Shown here: positions 40,846 to 54,660 of the stretch, piece after piece
Numbering within the stretch: position 1 is the first letter of the stretch
How the letters are laid out: the number at the start of each line of letters is the position of its first letter
NCBI RefSeq assembly: GCF_006345805.1
Contig: NC_043008.1
Span: 12,462,001-12,526,000, forward strand
Source: Octopus sinensis
Taxonomy: Eukaryota
DNA length: 64,000 bases
Reading direction: 5' to 3'
Notes under the pieces: generated by a model
The model's database searches: none
Told to the model about the DNA's origin: nothing
Seen by the model: the letters and a program-made list of their open reading frames with translations, nothing else
Translations under genes and position numbers: made by a program

Positions 40846-40878
<33 letters not shown>

Positions 40879-40986
40879 TATATATGTATTTATATACATG
40901 CATATATGTAAATATATGCATATGTTTGTATATACATACATACATATGCATATATATATATATATATACATGTATATATGTGTATG

Positions 40987-41018
<32 letters not shown>

Positions 41019-41513
41019 CCTATATACATATATATATATATGTATATATATGTCTACATATATTTATATGTATATATGTATGTAGGTACACACATATACA
41101 CGTATGTATATGTGTGTATATACATATATATATGTATGTATATATATGTGTGTGTACATACATATATGTATATATATAGATGTATATATTTATAAATCAA
41201 TGCAATTTATCTTGGTTGTTCTAAATAAATTTTATTTGTAGACTATTTTTTTGTTTTATTGTCATGAAAACTGTGATAGAAACATGAAATTCCTTTCAGG
41301 AATTAATCTGTTCATAATATTTGCACACACACAGACACACACACACAAACACGCACACACACGCACACACACGAACATACACACACATTCATGCATGAAC
41401 CCATGTTAAAAAACTCTACATGCATAAACTTATATATGTATATAAGTTTATGTATTTCTGCACTCTTTTAATGACACACTTATGTGTACTTTGGTAAATG
41501 TGTGTGTATCTGC

Positions 41514-41552
<39 letters not shown>

Positions 41553-41586
41553 GATACACATTTATATATATATATATCCTATATAC

Positions 41587-41633
<47 letters not shown>

Positions 41634-41802
41634 TATACACACACACACAATCATTATTGCTTCATGCACCATAGTTATATGCAAATAACATTATATAGAT
41701 GTGTATATACACATTTTCTTGTGTTTATACTCATAGAAACACAGATTCCCATATACATAAATGCTTGTGTGTGTATATACTCGTATATCTATGTATATGC
41801 AC

Positions 41803-41845
<43 letters not shown>

Positions 41846-42236
41846 TGTACCCACATATGCACACACATATGTGTACTCACACATGCACACACACACATGG
41901 ACATTTTGTTTTATGCAGTTTTCCAATGCAGACATTTTAAACCTGTTAGCTCGCTGACTGATGTTAAAAGCATCCAACATGGTTATGAGTAATTAGCTAT
42001 GCAATTTCACATGTTGTTTCACTTGATAAGCTACAATCTAAATCAAAGCTGTGACTAATATTATCGTTAACATTAAGGAAATTACCTTGACCAGATTCAA
42101 TCAATAGTCTATGTAGTTCTTAGTTGGTGCATTTCTAATAGATAGCTTGTCATCACTTGTTTAATCAACTATCTGTTATCATAGTTATTTGCTCTCATCT
42201 GCAGTAATATGCCGCAGAAGAAATTTTAAAAGTGCT

Positions 42237-42654
42237 GAATCTTTTCGGTTTGAACGGCAGTTTTTTACATAATTTCTAGGTAACTAAAAAATTTTAAACT
42301 TCGTATACTGGTAGAATGTGTTTATAAAACATCTTTTTCTTTTGGCTTTATTGAGAAAATTCTATAGTTTGTAAGATATTTGTGGTTGTTTTTTTCTTCA
42401 ATTTCTGCAATTTCAACCAATCAATGACGTCTATTGAGGTAAAAGAAAAAAACATTCTGTGCCGTATGAATATGTCCCTCATTTAAGAAACAGATTGGGT
42501 TTATTTACATTTGTGAAGAAAAAAAGGTACCATTCCCCCACCCCTAACCCTAAAAGAGATTGAAATGCAATAGATCGATTCTAGGGTCATAATTATGGGT
42601 GACAATTTCATATGACACCGCTAGAAAAAACTGCCGTTCAAACCGAAAAGATCC
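42237..42654. mobile_element. MITE, probably Merlin superfamily
   Basis: 28-bp perfect TIR ATCTTTTCGGTTTGAACGGCAGTTTTTT (42239-42266 / 42625-42652); right end GATCC implies a GG terminus; 8-bp TSD AAAGTGCT/AAAGTTCT. Confidence 0.8.
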
Positions 42655-44005
42655 AAAGTTCTCGCTCTAAAACCTTACAGAAGGAGTTTCAAATACATAA
42701 AAGTAAAGAAACAAATATAAAAAAAAAACTTATAAAATATAAAGAAAATTTAAATTTAAGTTAAAAAGAAAAACTACAGGGCGATAGGATATAGACGTGC
42801 CATCGTGTTTAATTTTTACGAATGTGTTAAGTTCTATAGTAATATGTTTCGGAATGCTCATAGTAAGATTAACACGGCTGCTTTAGCATTTTGGAGTTGA
42901 GCCAAAGGTATTAATGTGAAATAAGCAAAGAATAAAAATGTTCATTTTTTTTGTCAAGAAATATTTATGGATTGTATATAGTCATTTTATATTATTGTAT
43001 TTCTCTCAAAAATATTGCATCGCATTCTTATCACTTGCTATGTCATGCCATAAGCCGCAGACAGTTTTCTGTTCAAATATTAGAATTTCCATTGTATTGC
43101 TTCAGATAAATCTTCCAGAGTAAAAGTAGATATGAACTGTATTCATCGAATATAAGACAATTTTTTCTCTCATATAAAAAAAGTAAAATGTCTAAAAAAA
43201 AAAATCGTCTTGGGACCTGTATTTCAAGATGGGTTTATATCACATAATTTAATGCATTAAATACTGTTTCTCCTGGGTATGTGCTGTGAAAATTGATAGG
43301 TGTCTAATTACATGTATGTGTCTTTTATGCCACCAAATACAGTTGACGTGTCAGGTAAAATGGACAACAGTTGAATCTATTTAGAGATGTATGTAGGTAG
43401 ATGTGAATGTGTGTGTGTATATATATGTATGTGTGTGTGTATATATGTATGTGTGTATATATATATGTATGTGTGTATTTATGTGAGTGTGCATGTATAT
43501 GTATGTGTGTGCATTATATATATATATATATATACACACAAACACATACACATATATATATATGTGTGTCTGTAGATAGGTACATATATCTATGTATGAA
43601 TCTAGGTTTTAATATATTTAATCTACTTGCTTAATGAATGACCCATGTATCATATATATTTCATGTCAATTAGCTTCATATGCTGAGGTCTAGTGAATAT
43701 GTTTCAGATGAAAGACCAGTAATAAGTTGGTGTGTGTGTGTGTGCACATGAGCACACACAGACATACACATACAAACACACAGAGTTATATAGTAAAATA
43801 TTTCTTTACCTTCACCCATTTAATACAATGAGTAAGTTTATTGCATTGCAATTAAAAACACTTGTGTATTAATAATTGGGTATTATACCAACAGTATATT
43901 GGATAAGTGTTATCCCTTAGTGGGTTTGATCCACAACCCCTAAATTACTTGGTGTTTCTCTCCTTTTTTTCTCTCCTTGTTTCTCTCCTCGTTTTTTCTG
44001 TGTCC

Positions 44006-44041
44006 CTTTCTGTATAAGAGCATAGGCTCGAAACGTAAAAG
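44006..44041 (+). ncRNA. Degenerate hammerhead-like motif, same architecture as 9776-9810
   Basis: CTTT CTGTATA A GAGC ATAG GCTC GAAAC GTA AAAG. Stems intact but the core deviates from CUGANGA. Confidence 0.5.
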
Positions 44042-44707
44042 ACGTTTTCTATTCCTGAGTGTTATACTAATACATCTGTTTGTTTTGTACACCACCTGTC
44101 TTCGTCTTTTGTTTTTTTCGTAAACTCTCCTATATATATATATATATATATATCTGTATATATATATATATATATATATACATTCATGTCTGTTAATGTG
44201 TGTATACATATATATATATGTGTACATATATGTATATCTGTATAATGTTTATACACACACACATATATATATATATGTATGTGTGTGTGTGTGTGTATAT
44301 GTTATCATCATTATTTAACATCTGTGAGGCTGCATGATAGTGAAGCAAGGTCCCTGAATGTGGAGAGTGGATGAAAATTAGTGAGAAAGAAAGCAAGCAT
44401 TATCTACTGCAGGATGTATAATTATTGTATTTATGAATGATATTGTACAGGCAAGATGTGAGATAAAGTAGGTACGGCTTGGCACCAGTGATGCTGCAAC
44501 TCATTTCTACAGCTGAGTGACCTGTATCAGCAGTTGCCTTTCCCTTGGATTACACTGGTGGCATGGAGAGAGGATGCCGTTATGCATGGGTGACTGCTGG
44601 TCTTCCATAAACAACCTTGCTCGGACTTGTGCCAGGGAGGGTAACTTTCTAGGTGCAATCCCACGGTCAGTCATGACTGAAGGGGGTCTCAATATATACT
44701 ATATCTT

Positions 44708-45096
44708 TGTAGTGGTATCTGATATCCTCACTGTTTGAGAGACACAACAGGAATGATCTCGTTTGAGATTACAGCCATCTTTGGCTGTGTTGTTCCTGTT
44801 GTGTCCACTGATCTGATTGGTTGACATGTGGTGCAGTTTGTCTCTACTTATTTTGTGCCACTAAGCCAACCAATCACAGCCTTTGGTTAAGGTCACATGA
44901 CACTGTTTTTCCTAGGCTCTGTTTGAGCCATTTCTCTTCTATATAAAGGGCTTGCTTTCAGTATACAGGGTCTTTGACTCTAGACCTTTTAAGGTCTAAT
45001 CTAGTCACTGACCAGCATCGTACTCACCCATATTCCAGTTTCCAACGACAGGAGACCTATGTCACCAACCTCCTCACATGCGGTCATATTCCTACA
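44708..45096 (+). mobile_element. Solo LTR (389 bp) with 4-bp target-site duplication, Gypsy-like
   Basis: TGTAG...CTACA termini; TCTT on both sides (44704-44707, 45097-45100); paralogous empty site with one TCTT at 45592-45595. Confidence 0.82.
44816..44948 (+). promoter_or_regulatory. Pol II promoter motifs inside the solo LTR
   Basis: ATTGG (44816-44820), CCAAT (44870-44874), E-box GGTCACATGAC (44891-44901), TATATAAAG (44940-44948), in canonical order. Confidence 0.55.
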
Positions 45097-45555
45097 TCTT
45101 CATTGTGAATGAGTGCGTGTGCATGTAGGGGAATAATTTAATAATTTGCATTTCAAGCTGTGATGAGTCTATTTTTCTAGAACATAATACATAATAGAGG
45201 CAACATATACTATATTTTCATATAGGCAAATGGCTCAGTGGTTAGAGTGTTGAGCTTATGATCATGAGGTTGTGAGTTCGAATCCTGGACCGGGCTGCGT
45301 GTTGTGTTCTTGAGCAAGACACTTTATTTCACGTTGCTCCAGTTCACTCAGCTGTAGAAATGAGTTGCGACGTCACAAGTGCCAAGCTGTATCGGCCCCT
45401 TTGCCTTTCCCTTGGATGACATCGGTGGCGTGAAGAGGGTGGGAGGCTGGTATGCATGGGCGACTGTTGGTCTTCCATGAACAACCTTGCCCAGACTTGT
45501 GCCTGGGAGGGTAACTCTCTAGGTGCAATCCCATGGTCAATCGTGACTGAAGAGG

Positions 45556-45587
<32 letters not shown>

Positions 45588-46661
45588 TATATCTTCATAC
45601 TGAATGTGTGTGCATGTAGGGGATAATTCAATGATTTGCATTTCAAGCTGTGATGAGTCTATTTTTCTATGACATCAATAGACTCAGTAACCAACTGGAT
45701 CCATAAGGACAGGATGAATATAACAGTAAGACCCGAGAATTAGTTAAGGTACAAAGAAATGTTGAGATTCTTGTTTAATTTTGCTTCCATTTCTGCATCT
45801 GCTTAGATTGCAGCAATGTGGAATATCATTTAGATATCATAGGCTTAATGTCTCTAACTGAAGCTGAGAAAGTTCTTTGCAGCGTGATGCTGCTGTAAAT
45901 GCATTTCCTTTTTCCATATTTTCCAACTTTGTTTGAACTCTCTTCATGAAGTAGATTTCAAACTTTGACCACCCTAATCTCATTCGTTCACGTTACAAGA
46001 ATAATGACTCCAAATTGATAACTTAAACCTTTCTTCTTCTTCTTCTTCTTCTTCGGCATTAAAGCTAACAAATCCTTATAAGATGCTTCTGGTTTAGCTG
46101 ATGTTGAATTTGTCATTTCCTGACATCCAAAATGGGAACATGATCTGGTGATTTCATACTGGTTAAATGCTACACTGGCAAAGCTGGTTATAACATTGAT
46201 TTCAGCCTTTCATTCTAATAGGTTAGATAGTATAAGTATTATTAATCAATAAATTCATGTGAAATACTTCCCCTGATATTCCATAGATGAGGAAGAAAAC
46301 ACTGCATGGAATCTATTATTCACCATGGTATCAGCTGTTGCTATGCGTGATATACAGGAGTAGGACAATGGTCTTAACCCTCTCGGAGAAGCAATAAGGT
46401 TTGAGATATTGGAAGATGAAATTTTTTTGACTCAGATTTTGTATGTATTTGGGAAAAAGGGAGAATAGGGTTCCCTCTGGTGGAATTTGAAGACAGGCTG
46501 TAAACAGACAGGACTGAATATTGCAAGGTATTTTGTCCAATATTCGTCTGATTCTGCCATCCACAGCAATGAAGGAATGCTGCTGTTGCTGCTGCTACTA
46601 CTACAACTACTACTACCACTACTCTTAATAATAATAATAACAATGATAATAATAATAATAA

Positions 46662-46699
<38 letters not shown>

Positions 46700-46734
46700 A
46701 TAATAATATTAATAATATTAATAATAATCATAAA

Positions 46735-46766
<32 letters not shown>

Positions 46767-47174
46767 TAATAATAATATCATCAGTACGAGGCAGCAGAAA
46801 GCCGGGTATGTGCCAGCCATGTAGGGTCGATCATGCACGGGGAAGTGTTGGGCTACCCGCTGGTAGAAAGGGGTGACGAGAATATCCCTTCCAGACACTC
46901 ACCTCTTACAATCAGCGACAACCCTACATAATAATAGTAATCCTTTCTGCAATAGGCACAAGGCCTGAAATTTGAATGAGGGGATTAGTCAATTACATTG
47001 ACTCCAGTTCTGAAATGTGTCCACAACAAGCAAAATGAGGATGCATATCCGTCCCATGTAAATAATGTACAGAATTCCTCATCTCTAAAATATGGTATTA
47101 TAAACTTAGATATTTGTGGTTTCCTGTTTGATTCTTGTATGGAATCAAAGCCAAATCCTTGGATTAATATAACA

Positions 47175-47405
47175 TAGTGGTTCCCAAAGTGGGTGGTATT
47201 GCACCTCTGGGGGTGATGGAAAATTTCCGAGTGGGGGCGTTGAAGAAAAGTGGGACGAATATGGGATAGTAATTCATGTAAAAACAACAAAATAATGGGT
47301 TTGTTAGGTTAAGTTTTATTTGTGAAATACAGTTTGGGTGGAGGTGCTAGGAATGTGGCCTGGGTGTCAAGGGGACGGCAGCCTGAAAAAGTTTGGGAAC
47401 CATTG
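47175..47405. mobile_element. hAT (Charlie-like) MITE
   Basis: TIRs TAGTGGTTCCCAAA / TTTGGGAACCATTG; 8-bp TSD ATATAACA/ATCTAACA. Confidence 0.78.
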
Positions 47406-48658
47406 ATCTAACAGAAGAGTCTATGAGTTGAGCTAAAATTATCTTTCTATATCAGTCTTTCTCCCTTTTAGTATTTTTTTAGTTTCTATGTTTAGCAGGA
47501 TCAGTATATTTACGTGTTTATTGCCCACAAGGGGGCTACACATAGAGGGAACAAACAAGGAGAGAGAAAGGGATTAAGTCGAATACATCGACTCCAGTGC
47601 ATAACTGGTAATTATTTAATTGACCCCAAAATGATGAAAGGCAAAGTCGGCCTCGGCGAAATTTGAACTCAGAACGTAACGGTAGACAAAATACCTATTT
47701 CTTTACTACCCACAAGGGGCTAAACACAGAGGGGACAAACAAGGACAGACAAACGGTTTAAGTTGATTATATCGACCCCAGTGCATAACTGGTACATATT
47801 TAATCGACCCTGAAATGATGAAAGGCAAAGTCGACCTCGGCGGAATTTGAACTCAGAACGCAACGGCATACGAAATACGGCTAAGTATTTCACCCGGCGC
47901 GCTAACGTTTCTGCCAGCTCGCTGCCTTTTTCATGAACATATCTTTAACTATTGCTCTCAAACACCAACTCCACCACAACTACCACCACCACCACCACTA
48001 CCAGCTCCATCATTGTCATTTTTGTTGAGATCATTGCTTTAAGCTTCCTAAGTTGGAATAGTTAACAGGTGGAAAAAAAAAGTGCCCCAGAGAACATGTG
48101 ACCCCTTGAACTCTGCTACTGACTATTACTTTCTACATTGTTAGACTTCTTCTGGCCTGGTTACTTGGTTAGAAAATTAGACAAGAGAAGAGACAAAGCA
48201 ATGCAGGGAAAAAGAGAGAGAACAAGAGAATGTGCATGTTTGTATGTATGTGTATGTGTGTGTGTGTGTGTGTGTTTGAATATCATCATCATCGTCATCA
48301 TCTTTATGTCCCCATTTCTATGACTAGGAAATGAATAGCACTGCTTTTATGATGTGAGCGTTGCTTAAAGCTATGAAATAATGTCAAGATAAGGAGAGAC
48401 AAACAATACGTATAGGTACACATGTGACTGTGTGGTAGAAAAGCTTGTTTCCCAACCACACGGCACTGGGTTCAGTCCTACTGTGTGGCACCTTGGGCAA
48501 GTGTCTTCTTCTATATCTATAGGCCAACCAATGTCCTGTGATTAGATTTGATAGACAGAAACTGAAAGAAGCCCAGCTTATATATATATATATATATATA
48601 CTTTATTTAAAGCAGCAGAAAATTCAACAAAACCTGTTACTCTGAGTTTTCCGTTAAA

Positions 48659-48696
48659 CTGTCCGATGAACGGCAACGGAAAACTCAGAGTAACAG
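48659..48696 (+). ncRNA. Hammerhead-like motif spanning the loop and right arm of a perfect fold-back
   Basis: CTGT CCGATGA A CG GCAA CG GAAAA CTCAGAG TA ACAG. GNRA-capped short stem II; AATAAA at 48723-48728. Confidence 0.55.
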
Positions 48697-48798
48697 GTTT
48701 TGTTGAATTTTCTGCTGCTTTAAATAAAGCATATTACTCTACCACTGGTATTTGAGTACTCTTTTTTCCACCTTGTTTCACATTTATGTGTTTACTCT

Positions 48799-48836
<38 letters not shown>

Positions 48837-48840
<4 letters not shown>

Positions 48841-49188
48841 AGGCGCATGGCTCAGTGGTTAGAGCGTCGAGCTTACGATCGTGAGGTTGTGAGGTTGTGA
48901 GCTCGAATCCCGGACTGGGCTGCGTGTTGTGTTCTTGAGCAAGGCACTTTATTTCAAGTTGCTCAAGTTCACTCATCTGTAGAAATGAGTTGCGACGTCA
49001 CAGGTGCCAAGCTGTATCGACCTTTGTCTTTCCCTTGGATAACGCTGGTGGTGTGGAGAGGGGAGGCTGGTATGCATGGGCGACTGCTGGCCTTCCATAA
49101 AACAACCTTGCCCAGACTTGTGACTAGGAGGGTAACTTTCTAGGTGCAATCCCATGGTCAGTCATGACCGAAGGGGGTCTTTACCTTT
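48837..49188 (+). mobile_element. Full-length tRNA-derived SINE with CORE-like block (other copies 45222-45560, 35628-35965; partial 44536-44690, 50985-51103)
   Basis: A box TGGCTCAGTGG, B-box-like GCTCGAATCC, then TGTGTTCTTGAGCAAGGCACTTTA; several copies in the window. Confidence 0.8.
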
Positions 49189-49967
49189 ATATATATGAAG
49201 AACCATTGATTATAGAACAAACATCAAATTTGGGTCAACGACTTTATATACAACACCATAAAAAAATAAAAATAAATAAAACTTCATCCAACCCATAGAA
49301 GCACAGAAATTGCAGACAGTAAAACAATGACGATGATGATGTTGATGATGATATTTACAAACATCCACCTCATCTGTGTTAGTATGAAGACAAAAAAAAA
49401 AAAAAGAAATCAAAAACTACTGAGAAATTTATTTTAGAAAGAAAAAAAATATTTTTTCATTAACATAAATACTTTCGATAATTCTCATTGACTTCATGAA
49501 ACCATACAGGATTTCTAAAACTCTTTAAGTTAATTTCTCTGCTAATATTTCAGATAATTACTGAAATATCTCAAGTTCTACCATAAACTAATTTGTTTCA
49601 TATTAAAAGGTATTCGTATAATTTCTCCTCACTCAAGTATTTTCCACACCAAAAATTAAAATGTCAAAACATGTTCTTTAATTAGTTCAAATTAGACAAG
49701 ATTCTCACCAATTTTTCTGGTTTTATTTTATTTACTCGTTATCGTAGTTGTCTCCTGTCTCCCAAGTACTCGTCCTTCATCTCGACAAGATTAAACTCAA
49801 CGAATCAAAATGTAAATTAGCAATCAAGTGCTCTCCATTAAAGAAAGCAGAAAATTCTTTAAATATAATCAATACCAGAATTTATTTAAGAATACAAATA
49901 ATTGCAAGGACACATTTTATTTTAGATTCTCTCTCGATATATTTATATATATGTATATGTATATATA

Positions 49968-50081
<114 letters not shown>

Positions 50082-53000
50082 ATGTATGTTGCCAGCCTAC
50101 CTATAATAATATGTGATATAAATTAATATGTGAATGGGTGTATATATGTGTGTATGTATGTATCTTCAATGTGAGCTTGTGGGCAAATGTATGTATTATT
50201 GGTACAAGTGTATATAAAAAGCATATATGAGAATATGTATTTAAATTTTAACATGACAATTGGTTGTTGCCCATTAATGTTTTCTTTCTTTCTTTCTTTC
50301 TGTCTTTTTGTTTCTTTTTTCTTCTCCTCTCCTCTCTCTCCCCCTCTCTTTTACTATCTCACAGATAATTATACATATGTTTACACAGTATTCTCCTAAT
50401 TAATTTCGCAATTACCATATGCCTATCCTCTTCACGCCAGGAAATATATTCAAATATTTCTGTATATGAATTAGTGTGCGAATATGAGTCTACGTGTCTA
50501 TGTGTCTATGTGTGTGCATGAGAGTGAGGGGGTGCAGAAGGGGGATAGAGAAAGAGACTGTGAGAGAGAGGCACAACAGAGAGAAAGAGAGAAGGGTATG
50601 TGTCTGACTATGTACATCAGAGGATGCGAAATGAAAATGAAAAGGAAAACTGTATATTAAGATATTTTGAGCCAACACAATAAGATCTTCTACCAAGAAA
50701 CGTTATCTCCATCTGAATTCACCTCAGTTATGTTATTAGCGCTTGTTTTATTCAATTTAGTTGGATGATGCAAAGCAGTTGACTTTGAGTAGGTTTCTGA
50801 ACTTAGGTTGACAATAACCATTCTCAATGATGCTTTCAGCTTTTGGCTGAAGGCCACCAATTTTGAAGGGAGGCGCAAATCAGTTGCATCACCCACCAGT
50901 ACTTGGCTGGTTCTTTAATTTATTGGTCCAAAGAGGATTGCCCTTTTAGCAGCATTCAGATTATTCTAGCTCTAGCAAATGTAAAAAGACCCCCTTCAGT
51001 TATAAATCACCATGGGATTGCTCTGAGAAAGTTCTCCTCCGAGGCACAAATCTGAGCAAGGTTGTTTATGGAAGACCAGCAGTCACCTGTGCATATCAGC
51101 CTCGTGGAGGCACATGGACTAGTGGTTAGAGCAGTGGACTCGCGGTTGAGGGATCGCGAGTTCGAATCTCAGACCGGGCGATGTGTACGTTTATGAGTGA
51201 AACATCTGAGCTCCAAGTGGCTCCGGCAGAAGGTAATGGCGAACTTTCTGCTGACTCTTTCGCCTGTGCCAGTGGCATGTAAAAAGCACCCACTACACTC
51301 ATGGAGTGGTTGGTGTTAGGAAGGGCATCCAGCCGTAGAAACGCAACCAGATCAGACTGGAGCCTGGTGCAGCCTCCTGGCTTCCCAGACCCCGGTTGAA
51401 CCGTCCAACCCATGCTAGCATGGAAAACGGACATTAAACAATGATAATGATGATGATGATGATGATGATGATCGTTTAGTTTTAGAACAACATTGTAGCA
51501 TGGGTGTGAGAAGCTAGATCTGGTCAATTTGAACATAAAACAGGTACAATCTTTGGGCCTAATATGGCCAGTTTGAATGTTGAATACTAGAGGATTAAAG
51601 GTAAAGTTTTGATAGGACTTGAACTCAGATCATAAGGAATCAAAAGAAATGCCTAGTAGATTTTTGTCCAGCACAGTAATGCTTCTGCTAGCTTTTCACC
51701 CGTGAACTATTCTAAATTACAGATGTCAATTATTCTTACACTCTAGTGTTGTGGTCATCGCTTTACATAAATAAAAAGCAAATGTTTTGATTCATAAATT
51801 CACCAGTTCACCAGTAGCTAATTATCCGGTCTCAAATAATTAAGTAATTCTAACCCTGATTAACAGAAAGATGTTATTACAACAATTTATCTGTATGATC
51901 ACTTATGCATTAAATGGGATATTATGTGGTTATTACGTCAATAATTATCTAAAACTTTATCTGTAAAAAACGTTATTAAAACATTCTAGAACATAATAGG
52001 TACATAGTGTTAGATCTAGTATATAAATATATTTACCGAAATATAATATGTTAAGAAAATATAGATCGGCTCAGGCGCGGCTTTGTAGTAAGAAGCTTGC
52101 TTCCCAACCACATGGTTCCAGGTTCAGTCCCACTGTGTGGCACCCTGGGCAAGTGTCTTCTACTATAGCCTCAAGCCAGCCAAAGACTTGTGAATGGGTT
52201 CAGTAAGTGGAAACTGAAAGAAGCCTGCCATGTATATATATATATATATATATATATAATAGTGGGGAATATAATTTCAAACTTATAGGAAAAAATTCAA
52301 TTTAGTAATTCTAAATCAAATTTCACAATATATAATATATGTATGTTATTAAGAGAAATAAGCTCTATTAAGTAATTCAAAAGTGAAAGACATTATCTAC
52401 ATTAAATCATAAAGGAAAAATTTAAATATGGAAAAAATTTAAATATATTATAATATATTTAAATTTTTTCTATATGATTTAATATAGATAATGTCTTTCA
52501 GTACTGAATTACTTAATAGAGGTTATTTTTCTGGGCGACGCATTGTGTTCATGAGTAAAAGACTTCATTTCATGTTGCTCCAGTCCACTCAGCTGGCAAA
52601 AACGAGTAACGCTGCGATGGACTGGTGTCCCATCCAGCTGGGGAACACATACATCAAGGCTATAGTAGAAGATATTTACCCAAGTGGAACTGAACTCGGT
52701 GGAATTGAACACGGAACCATATGGTTGGGAAGCAAGCTTCTTACCACACAGTCACGCTGCACCTCTTTGTGTTCTGAGTTCAAATTCTGCCAAGGTTCAC
52801 TCTGCCTTCCATCTTTTCAGGAGCTGATAAAATAAGTACCAGTCGGGCACTGGAGTTGATGTAACTGACATATGACCACCTCTGAAATTGCTGGCCTTGT
52901 GCCAAAATTTAAAACCAATACCCTTGCACGAATTTGATAATGCTCAATGCACAGAAAATGGGAATTCTGAAAATATAAAACAATAAATAAAAGGAATTTT

Positions 53001-53314
53001 AAATTGGAAAAACAGATGTCTTTATTGGCTCTGCTATAATGTACATAATTTTAAATGTCCCACAGAGAATAAGCTGAATGAATGATAGATTCAACAATTA
53101 GCGATATATTATAATAGCCTCCATTATTTTTATGGTGTTTAGAGAATTCCTCCAGTTAAATGTTTATGTTAGCATTTCATGATGTATCTTATATAATTGC
53201 TGTTATTTTAACTGTGTAATATGTAGACATTTAACAAATTGTCTAATTATCTTACTCTCCCTTTTTTCCTTACTGGCTCCTTTTCTCTCTTCCTCTATAG
53301 ATACATATATATAT

Positions 53315-53383
<69 letters not shown>

Positions 53384-53770
53384 CTAGCAGTATCGCCCAG
53401 CGTTGCTCGGGTTTGTTTCGATCCTTTAGAATTGGAATTTTTGAAAAGTACAAAATTTTGCATTATGTAGCTTGTTATTTTCTTCAAGTGAACATTTTTC
53501 TGGTTGAAATACACCGAAAAATGGTGACACAGCAGTTAAAAAATCATAAAAAATAGGGATTTTCATAGAAAAAAAGTACCTTTTTGATGTAAAAAATTTT
53601 TGGTGTTAATATGGTGCGATTTGAATTTTTTCTTCTATGGAAGAAAGAGCAAGCTTTCTTCTATCATACTCTCAATTTTGGTCAACTTGCACCGCAGGGT
53701 CTCGGAGGAGATAGTGTTAGTTGAAGGCTACCAAACCTGCCATGCACAGACAACTTCAGCTTTATATATA
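53384..53770 (-). mobile_element. Non-autonomous Helitron-like element, longer copy
   Basis: Same CTAG/hairpin end and body as 11212-11510, plus an extra internal segment. Confidence 0.65.
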
Positions 53771-54142
53771 TGCGGAGCAATGTGTTGTGTTTTTGCCAGG
53801 CAAAGTTTTTATCAGTGGCTACACCAAAACAATTAACATATATTTTAGAGACAAAATAACACGTGTCTCATACAGGTGCCACAGTATGAACTCTTTTGAC
53901 ATGCCTTTTCAATCCTCCAGCTGAGAGGTGCACCTTTCCTCATGCTGCACATGTTCTGTTGTGAACAACAAGCATATCACACTTTACCATGGGTCGATTC
54001 CAATGAGTTCTCTGATGGCTGACCAGGCCCGCACAACTCAACCACCTCCCACAAACCACACACACAAAAACCAACGGTCCCTCATTCTCCACATTGCTCC
54101 AGTCCACTCAGGGGCTAAAAGTAAGTAATCACACAGCCTTAT

Positions 54143-54660
54143 TGAGTTCAAATTCCATCGAGGTCGACTTTGCCTTTCATCCTTTCGGGGTCGATAAATT
54201 AAGTACCAGTTACGTACTGAGGTCGATCTAATCAACTTAATCCATTTGTCTGTCCTTGTTCGTCCATCCCCTCTGTGTTTAGCCCCTTGTGGGTAGTAAA
54301 GAAATAGGTATTAATTTTGCTGCTGCGTTCTGAGTTTAAATTCCGCCGAGGTCGACTTTGCTTTTCTTCCTTTCGGGGTCGATAAATTAAGTACCAGTTA
54401 CGTACTGGGGTCGATCTAATCGACTTAATCCATTTGTCTGTCCTTGTTTGTCCATCCCCTCTGTGTTTAGCCCCTTGTGGGTAGTAAAGAAATAGGTACT
54501 AATTTTGCTGCTGCGTTCTGAGTTTAAATTCTGCCGACGTCGACTTTGCCTTTCTTCCTTTCGGGGTCGATAAATTAAGTACCAGTTATGTACTGGTGTC
54601 GATCTAATCGATCGGTCCCCTACCCACAAAATTTCGGACCTTGTGCCTAGAGTAGAAAAG
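54143..54660 (+). repeat. Tandem array (about 2.5 x 188 bp) of a SINE segment; related copies 47505-47927 (-), 34200-34428 (+), 13710-13910 (+)
   Basis: Repeated GAGTTCAAATTCCGCCGAGGTCGACTTTGCCTTTCATCCTTTCGGGGTCGATAAATTAAGTACCAG; the core resembles the MetaSINE domain (recall only). Confidence 0.75.

Noticed and set aside
42542-42553. CCCTAACCCTAA as interstitial telomere
   Set aside because: Only two units, internal to a MITE.
48837-48920. tRNA genes suggested by A and B boxes
   Set aside because: They are SINE heads running into SINE bodies, with no complete cloverleaf or terminator.
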